Shown in pieces: positions 19,201 through 31,200 of a DNA stretch of 64,000 nt. The DNA is taken from positions 272,125-336,124 of the forward strand of contig JACKFM010000001.1 of the NCBI GenBank assembly GCA_020632475.1. Reading direction: 5' to 3'. A program made the translations under genes and the position numbers. Below the pieces are notes generated by a model. The model saw nothing but the letters and a program-made list of their open reading frames with translations. It did not search any database and was not told the DNA's origin. This DNA is from Candidatus Omnitrophota bacterium (lineage in GTDB: Bacteria; Omnitrophota; Omnitrophia; Omnitrophales; Aquincolibacteriaceae). Numbering within the stretch: the stretch's first letter is position 1; each line of letters starts with the position of its first letter.

Positions 19201-22200
19201 TCCGAACCTTCATCTTAAGGTAATTACTAAGCCGGGAGAGATTCAAGGTGCGTTGTCAGAAGCCGGTTTGATTTTTAAAACTCATGATAGTGAAAAGCTA
19301 TTTATTTCTGAACAAAAAATTCCTGAGGGAGTCAGAGTTCTTGAGGTGCCCTTAGCCGCTCAGCAAACCATAGAGTCGCTTTTGGATGACCGTATCCGGC
19401 CGGAAAAACTGAATGTTCATAACCCTTTGTCGCTCGGGCGTGTCAACCCTATCCGGCGTATTATCGCGGTTGAGGGAAGAGGTAAAACTCCGCCGCACCT
19501 GGTGGTGGAATTTTCAAGCCCTGCGGGCGGTTATTCCTCGAAATTTATCCGGTTGAATATTCTTCACGAATCGCTGCCTGAAAGCCCCCGGGAAGATGAG
19601 ATGACCGATGCTTTTATGAAACGTGTTTTTGAGTACAACTATGCCGTGTTGCAGGGCTTTGAAATTAACGGAACGGAGTCGGCAGAAGACCGAAAAAGAA
19701 TTATTGACGGATTAAAAGATTTGGCCGCTCAAGGATTGATTCTGGCCGAGACCCGTTATGAGTTAAAACATGATGAGGAACATATAGGGCGTTTTGCCGA
19801 TTTTACCGCCAGATCAGAAACGGAAGCAAAAGCCATTCGGGCTTTTTATCCGGCGATATACGCGAGGGACACCTTGGCCACTCACCGTATGAGATTGGCC
19901 CAAAAGCTGGGTTTTAATCTAGGAATGTATGGTCCGCAGACGGCGGCAATTTTTCTTAAGCGGGTTCATATGATTGATGTTCATCCGGAGCTGAGCATTC
20001 TTCGGGATGAAGCCGAATCGAAGGGGTTCTTTGCGCCGCTGATTGCCTTGAGTGTCGCCGCCGAAGATGATGGATCGATTTTATTGGGCGATGCGAATGC
20101 CGAAATAGATTCTTTTATGGCCAAGGTTTTGAATGTTATTGGAAAAGCCAGGCGGCCTTCAATTGATTTGGTCGGGCGGCTTGAAACCGTTGAAGCATTG
20201 ATTCAAACCAAAGCCGAATCGGATGCTGCCGGAACTGCCAATTCAAAAGCATGGATCATTGATACCGGTGATCCTGAGGAGGACAGAACGCTTGCCCGCG
20301 AAATTCGTTACATCTTCAGGCTGGAAGTTCTTTATCGCCTGACTTATGAAACATTTCACAGTGACAATCTTATCAGGGGAACTCATGCTGATGGTACGTC
20401 GATGCGTGTTAAGGTTTGGAATGCTCTTTCGCAGAAGGCAGAGCAGATATGGCACAGTGATACTACGTCAAGCCGCATCTGGATGCTTGCTCTAAATGTA
20501 AACAGAGATAAGTGGGAGTCGTTTGTGGCTGAGCAGTGGCCCGGCTTTTGGCAAATTTTTACCGAGCCTGAAACCGAGGATAATGGAGCTTTTCTTGCCC
20601 AAAATTCCGGTGTTATGGCGATTAATCAGCGCAGACTGCTTCCTGCGAGTTTGCCTGAGACGTTGGGTAAATTTTCAAAATTCACAGAAAGAGATATGCC
20701 TAGAGAAAAAACCGGTTTTGATATAACCGCAATTCCAAACAGAACAACATTAACGGCTGAGGAAATTAGGGCCGGGATAACCTTGAAAAAATTCCCGGCA
20801 CAAAAACTGAACGGGGGATTTGAAGCTATTTTGCAGAGTTTGAAGCGGTCTGGCATTGAAGATCTCGCCAGATTTAAACGCAAGGAATCCAGAAAGATGC
20901 AGGCTTTTCTTGATGACATCGTGGCTATCCGTGAACTTTATGAAGCCGGGCATTATGAAGAGGCTCTAAGAATTGTGAACCGCTACGTTGCCTTTCAGCC
21001 TCAGCCAGCCTCTGCAGCGGATGGGGCCGTGGTTAGCGGGGACAGGGCTGAAGCCCTGTCCCCGGATTCAACGGCAGCGGCAAGTACAGCCGCATTACTC
21101 ACCGGTACCGGCGATGAGGGTGCTCACATTGATTGGCGCGGGTACCTGCCCGAGGGGGATTTGATCGAACCTCCGGTTGATGGCGCGGCAGAGGCCTTAG
21201 GTGAGATGCAGACGCGTTTGATCGAAAAAGTTAAGCGGCGTTCAGGAGGAACCTCCGTGGTAACCATTCTTCACGACTTGGATCGTGCCGGACATATTGG
21301 ACAAACATTTAATGTCCTTATGGCCGCGCTTGCAAAAATTGCAGAGGGCCATGAGGATGACGACACTGCAGCGGCACGTGCGCTGGTGGATGAGATTAAA
21401 ATTTTAATCCCCAGGCAAATTAAATCAGGGGCCTCTGCAGACATTGATGCCTTTGAAGAAAAAACACATGAAATGTCAGATGACGATGCGCTTAATGAGC
21501 TTGAAGTCATAGAAACCGATTTTAGTCAGACGGTTGACGTTTTGAGAGGACCGGTGGCAGGAGAAATTTTTAGTGATCAGTTGGATGAAGGGACCCGGGC
21601 TTTTGAACAGAGCCTTGAGTATCTTGGTAAAGTCCGCCGTGTTTTGGAAAGTTCAATTGCAATGACCCATGATGCAGCTAATCATCCCGAAACTGTTCGC
21701 GGTCTTTTACAATCAAGCGCGGAACTTGCCGGTGAATTCAACGCTGAAAATCAATGGGGGATACGCCTCGGGTTCGCGAGGGCTGCTTATGCACGCCGTT
21801 TTACCGACGCGGCTCTTGCGGGTCAGACGCAAACACAGACCGCAGACTTGGAGACGGGGAGAGTTGGAGACGGGGAGACCCGCCAAAAAGAAGTCGGGCA
21901 AGCGGGGCGAGAGTCTGTTGGCGTCGATGCAGCGGAACCGACACTTCAAAAAAGCAGAAGACAGCTTTTGGCTGAAACACAGCCTGAAGTTTCCAAACAC
22001 GATCCGGAAAACCCGGATGAATTATGGACTTTTGTCCAAAGTGAAGGGTGTGAAGGGTGCATGATTGTGCAGTTCACACCCGGAGGCTGGCTTTACTCAA
22101 CTGAAAGTCAGGCACGTGTGCGCGAGGCTTTTAATAAAAATGATCAAACGCGGGCTAAAAAAAGAGATGCTGACACAGTGTCGAATGCTATGGCGGCATA

Positions 22201-25200
22201 TCGGGAGACATCGGCTGGAAGCGTTGTGATTGTTCCGGACGAAAGAATTAATCTGCGCGGGGCATGGCATGATTCGGGTAATAAGGTGCTTTATTTTGGC
22301 GAGAAAGTTTTTCGTGCTGCAACGGCTGCGATGATTGTCGTCGCATTAGAAAAACATGATTTGAATGGCCTGAATCAGGCGGCTGCAGCGTATTGGAAAT
22401 CGGTCGCTCAGTCAGCGCAGCCTGCTGCCGTGCCTAAAAAGAAAAAAGATAAAAAAGAAAAAAAGAAAAAGCGTAAAGAAAACAGAGCGGCGGCAAGAGG
22501 GCCTCAGGATTTAACCGCAGAGATTGCGATCCTCGAAGGTTTTCCCGGTATGCAGGAAGAGTTGCGTGCAGTAAGCGTGAATGAGTCTGCAAGTCCGGAA
22601 GTCGAAAGTCCGGAAAGTCCTCAACATGACGTTGAACCCGTTCAGCCGGTCGAGCGACTAGCGACGAGCGACGTCAGTACAGCTGAGTCAGAAGGTCCGA
22701 AAGAGGCTGTTGAGCCAGTTGAGCTTCCTCAGTCCTCCCGCCAAACAGAAGGCGGGCAGGCAGTCCTCAGTCCTCAGACCCCTGAAGCCGTTGAGTCCGA
22801 ATCCCAAGTCGTCGTTGAGCCGGTGGATAGTGGACCGTCGACTGTGGACTCTAGTGCAGCTGAGATTGTTGAACCAGTTGAGCCTATGGACCATGGACTA
22901 CCGACGGTGGACTCTTCTGGTGCAACCGAGCCCCCTCAGCCCTCAAATATACTTGACCCCGCATTGCGCGTGCGATTTAAAGAATCGGTTCAGGCCGGCG
23001 TGATTCGCGGGCAGGTTTCCGCAAATAGGATGTTTTTAGAAAAGCCCAATCCGCTTGTCGGCGAATTCGATCAAAAGATTGTACTTGATACAAGCGAGAT
23101 GCCCGACGGAGCTTTTTTTGTCATGCCGGTTTCAACCCCTAAGGATACCGTGATGCCGCTTGTTCAGGCGCCCGATGCGGTTAAGAGGGGGCGTATCGCC
23201 AAAATACGCCGGTATGTCAGTCAGCACACACTGGATACTCAGATCATGGAGCATACGGATCAAGTGACGGCTCTGGTCAAAGCCGGCCGGGCGGTAAAAG
23301 GAGAGCCTAAAACACGGTTTGAAGCGATTTTTGACCGGGGTATTGAATTACTTTTAATTCCGGATGCGTCCGGAAAGACTGTTGAACAACGGATGCATGA
23401 AACGGAGGTCCGGTATGCCGGGCGACATGAAGAGTTTGAAAAGACGGTTCGGGCAGTTCAGGATTATAACCGCTGGTTTCTCTACTACAGTAGCCGGTTT
23501 GTAGATTTGACCGGCCGTCTCAAAAAAAAGACCGGGGACAATCAACAGGTCGATGTCGAAGTTCTAAGTGAAATTCTGACTGAGTTGGCGCGGAGTGAAA
23601 AGACATGGCCTGAGCTTCAATCTGAGATCAAAAGGATCAGAGAACATATTCCGTCTTCCGGAACCATGAATTATCAGGAAGCGCGGTTGCTTATCGGGCG
23701 GGGTGAGTCGATCATCGGAAACATGATTTTGGATGATATGCTCAGCGCGGCATCTCCTGATATTTTGCAGGTTGTCTTCTACGATGCGCGCAGCACTTTT
23801 TTTCTGGAGTGGTATCGAACTCAAAAACAAGCGATTCCCGAAGGCGAGGATGACCTTTTGCGTTTTGAGGCCACGCTCTTAATGAGTGTGCGCATGCTGG
23901 TCAACTATAAGCTGGAAAGCCAAATGACGGAACAGATCACGGAAGCCGCCAGGGAGTTTAGTGCGAATGAGCGAATGACCCGTAAAGTCGTGAGTGCAGG
24001 AGGCCTCCTTTATGCCGGTCAAACCAACCGTTATTTTCAAGGCGGCGGTGCAATCGAAACCAGCGGTGAATATGCCCCGAATTATTCACGGATCCATAGC
24101 AGCGCTTTTTATGAAAAAGGAGACCGGGTCATTTTTCTTTATCATTCCGAAACCGGTTATCCCAACCCTGCCGAGCAGCAGAATTATTTAAACGACTCAA
24201 CAATCCTGAGAGAGTCTCTTGAAGACAATGCCGGTGTTTATCTGGGAACGATTGATGCTGAAGGGGAGTTGAGAATTTTTGAATATGCCGGCAATGATTT
24301 AGGAATTGAAACATTTGAATTTGTGGAGGCCTTTGACCGGGCCTTGGACAAAAAATTCTGGGCCCCGATCAAAACTTCGGCATTGAAAAGTGAAGACGAA
24401 CTGAGGGTGGAACGTCGCCGCATCACCGCGCATCAGTTTGCTCAGATTGCCGAAGCCGAGCTGGCACAAATACCCGGCATGGATCAGGTCAAAGCCTCAC
24501 GTCTAATGCTCGATGCCCGTCGTCAGTTTAAACCCGAGCTTGACCGGCTGGCGGCAATGAAATTGAAACACCCCGGTGCACCGCCGAAAGCCAAAAATCT
24601 TCAAAAAGCATACAAGAAACAATTAAAAGCAGTCCAGGTGGAATTGGATGTTGTGGACGATTTGATTGATTCATTGGCGGCACGGCTTGTGATGTATATC
24701 AGTGAAAGGATTGCGGCCGAAAGCCCTGATCACGGGGATTGGAAGCAGATTGCAATTGAAGGCCTGAGCGGAATTGTTCCGCCGCGATGGGTGCCTGTTG
24801 AAGAACTTGAGGTCCCCGCACAACCTGTGCCTGCCGGGAAATCACCGGCGGCCGGTTTAAGTGATGAACGGCAGGCTAAGCTTGCGTCGCAGATTGACCA
24901 AGTGATTGAATCTGTGATTTCCAAAACGGAAATGACTGACGGGGATGAAATTGCAGCGCTTCGTGCGTTTGCACATACGCAATGGGATCACGGTGGTAGT
25001 CCGGGTTATGCACGGCTCAAAGCGGCCTGGAATCAGAACCGCGCGGTTTTTGTACAAATCAGCGCATTGCAAGGTGTGGAACCCGGTGATCTGCAGGCGG
25101 TTGAAACCGCTCTCAGTCATTCTGTGCAGGCCACCAGGCCGCAGGCAAGAATCGAGCAGGCGCAAAAGGAATTGCTTAGCCGCATGGCGGATGCCGTATT

Positions 25201-28200
25201 GACGGAAATTGAAGAGGCTCTTGGGGCGGTTTATGCCGGCGCGCGGGCCGAATTAAGACAGCAGGTCCGTTCCGAGATCAGGATTGAAGCGGTTGAAGTG
25301 CTGGATGAAAAGCTGACGCGTGTTGAGGCTGCGATGGCTTTAATGCAGCGTTTTCCTGATCTGGCGGATGCGGAGCGAATGACACAGCTTAACCGTGCTA
25401 AGGCACGGATTCAATCGATACGTTTAGCGGCCCCGCTTTTATTTAGATTCGATCAAGCTCATCCGGAAATCACGGCTGAGAGCGCGAAGACCGTTCGTCA
25501 GCTTTTGACGGATGCCCGTGATGTGCTGGCATCCATTCAGGAATTTAATGTACCTGAAGATTCCGCCCGTTTGATTGAAACAAGAAATCGATTGATTTAC
25601 CGTTATGCAGAGGTTGTACAGGCAGCCGTACCGCAGGACCCTACCGGCCCAGATCCCCAATCAGCCGGTCTTGCGTCTGCGGCTGCCGCTCTGCTTACGG
25701 AGTTTCATGAACCTGATTTTCAGACAGCCATTGATGCGCTGCAGCGCTTAGTCAGCAGTGCCCAAAGACGGAAGGCCGCAGAGCAAATGGTCGAGTCTTT
25801 GACCGGTTTACAACCGGGTTTGCAGGATGAGTCTCTGACGAGTGCCGTTGCGGTACGTGTGCGGGAAGTTTTGGAGGGTGTCGAAGGCTTTTTAACCGGG
25901 CCTGATGCACAAGAGGATGAATGGTCAGAAAGAGTGAGAAATCTCCGGGACGATATGATTGCTCAGATTAGCAGACGGATTGATCAGGTCGGGCACGATA
26001 AAGGGGAAACGGCGGCCGACCTTCAGAAAACCGTGAATCAGCTTAAAGCGATTCGCGAAGGATTAGAGGGAACAGAAGTTCCGGTTTTAAGTCCGGTGAT
26101 TGAACGGCTTCATGCCCTTGAAGAAACAGTTGGCCATGAGTTTCATGCGGCAGTGTTGAGGGAACGGCCGCTTTATGAAGATTTTCGAGAGATTGAAGGG
26201 CCGAGTGATTATGTTAAAGATCTCTTGATCAGAATTTTAAATGTGGAGTCTCAAGGGGACAAAACGCCGGCACAGTGGAAAGCCCTGCATCAGGAATTTT
26301 TCGATTATTTTCTGGTCCTGGAAGGAAATACCGCGAGACCCGGCCAAGCGCAGCCTAATGCGGCGGAAGCAGAAGTCTGGAATAAAGCGCGCAAGGCTTT
26401 TGATGGAGAAGCTGGGCCTAAGATGCAGGCCTACAGACACGAATTCGGCTTTACGGCAGGTAAGCTTTTGACCAAAGAGTTTGCTATGCAGAGAGATCCC
26501 AAAAACAAAGTCGGCAGCTTCGGCTCTGAAAGTGACCAGCCTTTAAGTGCGAAGCGAATACAATTGCAGCCGACCAAAACGCTGCTCTTAATGGCTTTGA
26601 ATATGGCGCGCATTTTTGCCGGACAAGCTGCAGAGGCTCAGGAGCATCGGGGGCCGCCGCTTGAAGCCATGCCTGAAGCGAATCCGGCGATGAATGCTGA
26701 AGAGGCCTTTGCCTTTATGCGTGAATATCTGATTAATGATAACCGCCGTGATGGTTTCCTTTATTACAATAATCAGCCTCTTGCCCTGGGATACTTATCC
26801 AGTAGTGCGGTCCACGAAAATTCAGTGGGTGCGCCTATTAATCTTTCCCATCTTGAAGCGGCGCGTCATAGTGGTCTTATGCCCGTTTTAGGGATTGAAC
26901 AGTTTTTGCGGGCTATTAGTTTTAACGGCGTTAAAAAAGTTGATTTGATTGAGGCTAATGCGGACAATCCTCCCGCCCTGGCGGTATGGTTTGCTAAGCC
27001 TTTTACCGAGTCATTTACCGAATTTGCTTATGAAGGCGCGACGCTTGTTGTTTTAAAAGAAGCTCCGCAGGAAGGCCGGGATATCCATGACCTGGTTGAA
27101 TCCTCCGGCGAACAAATCAACCGCTATGTTTTTTCGGAAAGCGACGACGCTGATGAAAAGGCCCGAAAAACTGCTGCCTTGCTTGATTTGATCACCGAAG
27201 AGAAAACCCTTTACCGGGGAACCTATCGTGTTTCCTTTTTTGCCGAAAACGCCGTAAAACTCGGCCGTACGATGGGGCGTACACGTGCCGAGGAATGGTT
27301 GATTACCCAGAGCGTTAAATTAGGTTTTGTCAGCCCGCAGGCCTACATTAAGCGGTATGGGGAATCCGCACCGACCTACGCCGAGTGGTATCACCGTTTT
27401 CGGTTATTTAAACAGGTGCAGCGACCGCTGCTGGCTTTTTTTACCGGAGCCGGCCCCAGGTCCAGTGAGCTTGAAAGAGAAAATATCGCATTCATGATTC
27501 AAAATGAGCTTACTCTGCCGCTTGCCCGGTTACTTATTGCCAGGTCGGGTAAAGATTGGCTGATTGATCCGCGTGCGGTGGCTGGTTTTGCTGCGGGAAT
27601 GAATAAATTTATTGCGAGGGGAGTGGTTGGTTCTTTAGATGCTTTGGCGTGGGCGAATACCGAATTGGAGTCCAATGCGGCCAGGGCGGCTTTTTCGGCG
27701 GAATTCGGCTTAAGCCTTTTGAGTGAGTTTCAGAGAAAGAATTTACAGGGACTGGATATTTATGATTTGCGCCAGGCACTGGTGCGTGAAACGGAACTGG
27801 TTTTCGGAGTGAATCTGAATATAGACGTACGCACGTACCGCTCACCGGTCAAATCAGCCAAAGACGCGGCTGCCGTTAAAGTTCAGATCGAACAGGAAGA
27901 CAATGCGCTTTGGAACCTGTTTGAAACCCCTGGGGATCAGCAGGTCAGCGCCGAGATTGAACAAAGGCTTGAAAAACGCCGCCAGCTTGGGCCCGATCCG
28001 GTGACCGTGGACTGCACCTCGGCCGAGAGCTGCGCGCAGGGCATCGCGGATTTGACACAGTGGGTTCGTGTGCGTCAGACGCATCCAGAAGTAACGGATT
28101 ATTTGGGCGTGATTGAATCGGCCGTGCAGGCACGTGTTTTGGCCGAACGCGGAAATGTAAGACAGGCGTTATCTGAAATTGAAATCATTTTAAGTCAGCC

Positions 28201-31200
28201 CGGTTTTGATCAGCATCCCAAGCATGCGGCAGTTACCTCCTTCGGCGGCTATCTCAACGAACGTTTGCAACGGCGTGCATCGGAATTACCCGGATTAATT
28301 TTTGAAGCGCTGACTGCCGCGCAGGACCAAACAACAGTTGATCAGCTGCAAGGTTATGCTGTGGAACTTGAAGCTTTGAGGGGACAGACCACTGATGCAA
28401 CTGAGTCCGCTCAGTCCTCCCGCCAAACAGAAGGCGGGCAGGCAGTCCTCAGTCCTCAGTCCTTAATAGCAATCCGCCAGGCCTACGAAAACGGACGGTT
28501 GAGAGAAGCGGCTGATCAGGTTTCAGGGCTCGCTCAGGCACCAGGGCCGTATCAGGAGACTCTGCGCCAATTTGCCGGCAGAATCGAACAGGAGATTGAA
28601 GCCAAGGTGACTCCGTTGGAACGGCAGATTCAGGAGTTTGTACAGGATTTATTTAAACGAGTTGAGGACAATCTGGCTAGAGCTGTTTCTCAAAGTACTG
28701 CCGATACCAAAACGGCTCTTGCTGAAGTTGAAAGAGATCTCCGTGAAGTTCAGGCGCGGTTAGGGCATCTTCCGCAGTCTGATTTTCTTGCGTCTGAGCG
28801 GAAGCGTCACGAGGTCTTTTCTGCGCAGATTGGGCGTATCCGCCCTGCCGTAGAGATGATCGAAGAAATCGAATTTTTGCCGGGATCTTTTGTGCCCGGT
28901 GATTATGAGGCGAATCAGAATCAAATCAGAACATTATCCGGCCGGGTGGATACGTTCATTGCCTCTGAGCTTCAGGACCAAACGGATGCAGACTGGATTC
29001 TGAAAATTCAGAATGCAAGGCAGAGTCTGATTAACGAATATACGGATGAAGCCTCAGAGACTTTGACAGCTCAATTGGAGGCCATTGTATCTCGGGGAGA
29101 TTTTCAAGCTCAAAGCCAAGGCTTAGCTGAACTTCAGGAAAGTATCGGGACTGTTCGTGCGTTTACGGCTGAGTTTAAGGTGAGCAAGGAAGATGATTTG
29201 AATAGGCTTGAAGTTGCCATTCAGGAAAAAGAAAAGGAACTTCAGGCAAAAAATGAAAGAGTTCAAGGCGTTCCGGTGATCATTGAAAGGATGAGAAAAG
29301 CGATCAGTGACATTCAAAGCGGAGAACAGGTTTCCGGCGGCCGGGTCAAACGGCTTCTGGCCGAAGGTTATGAACTCGGGCGGACTCTGGTTCCGGCCAA
29401 AGATGAAGGTGAGCTTGTCGCGCTTGGGAATGCCCGTAAAGATTTGGCCGGAGAATATTCTGAAGGTCTGTTGCTTGAGCTGGATCAGCGTAAAGATTTG
29501 GCCCACGGAAGAGATGCTGACGGGAAGCCGGTGGAGGCGGTTGAATGGACACCCCAAGAGATGCGTGATTTTCTTCTGAGATTGAATGATTTGTTGAATG
29601 TGGTTCGCAGTGCGCCTCAGGATAGGACCGACCCGGATACCGACCATTTATATCTGGGAATACAGGATGAGATGGCTGTGATTTTGAGACAGGGCGCGGG
29701 TCTGGCCGAGGGCGATATTTTGCGGTTACACCGTGCCAAAACAAAAAAAAGCGAAGAAACCACGATAGATATTCGTATCGACCGGATTGATTCAGAAGAG
29801 GTGCATTTTTCGGTGACGCTGCAGGGTTCCGAGGTGGCTCTTTCAGGGCATGATCTCATGGAAGAAACGCGTCATGAAAACGCGTGGCCCTTTAAAGCGG
29901 CTGAAGTGTCGGACAAGAGACAGAAGAATCCTGGAGAATCCAGCATGACGGTGACGCTGGGTTATCCCTCAGACGGTTCGGAGGCGGCGAGTCCCGATTG
30001 GGTGTTTGGCCTGGGTGAGGCCAAACCACTTTTTATTGCATCCTCCCGTGCGCGAAATGCACAGGGAACGGCTGATGAACAGATTTTTGAATTTTTGCAA
30101 AAAAATGCGGACATTCTGCTGAGTGCATGGCATCTGGATGAAGACGCGGATTATGTCACACTCGCTTTATATGAAAGAGATGAATCTGAAGAGTGGAGTC
30201 TGGAATTTGTCGAAAACCCCGAGAATGTTCAGTGGCGGCGCGATGCCGAAAGGGCTCTTGAAAACAAGGAGGAGAGAGCTGGTGAATTTCAGGAGTTGAT
30301 AGAACAGTTGCAGCTGGCGGAGCTTGAAATTAACGATGAGGAGACCGACTTTGTTCCGACGCTTGAAAATGTTCATCGAGTTGGAAATCTGCTCAATGAT
30401 GCGGCCAAACAATACAAACGCCTGGTGCCAGGGGTGGATGATGAAATGATGCAGAGTGTTACCGATGCTTTGACCAGCACTCTTCAGGCCTTTTTTACGA
30501 GTATTCTGACGGCCATTTATTATGAAACCGGAGAAAATCAGGATGGGCCGGAGATTTCCGCGGTTTTAAATCCGGATACGAATTTAAATCTGAATTTTGT
30601 GCATGAGTTGATGCTGATTGTGGGCGAAGCCATACGGACCTTGAGTGATTTTGAAAGCTATGAGCAGGTCCTGCGCGAACAATGGCTTTATCCGCTTTTT
30701 GAAATGGAAAATTACTTTTTAAAACAACACGGGGTCGCTCTTGTGGAAAACAGCCGGTTGACGGCCGTTGAAAGAACGAGCGGTGAATATAGTGATTTTA
30801 ATTTTGAAGGTATGGCTCAAGACCGGCAAAGCGGGCGGATTCAAAAAGGTTTGATCTCATGGACTGCACGTACACCGGCCGCGCAACTGCCTTTGATCGG
30901 AAGATTTATTAACTATAAATATCTGGATGAATTGAAGGGTGAGACTGATCCGTGGATGGCCTATGTGCATGAAGTTATTTCCAGAAGTAAACGACGGCAA
31001 CGTACACAAAAAGACGGTGGTGTCGTCACAACCCGGTTTAATATTCATTCATACGGCAACGATGAGGATAAACGCTGGTTTAATGCTTTTGCTCTTTATG
31101 ATCTCGATACCCTGATTGGGCTGGTGGGTGATGCGGAAACCGGACAATCGGGTTCTTTGGGTCTTGAAGAAGAGGACATTGACCGCTTAATGTTTGAAGC

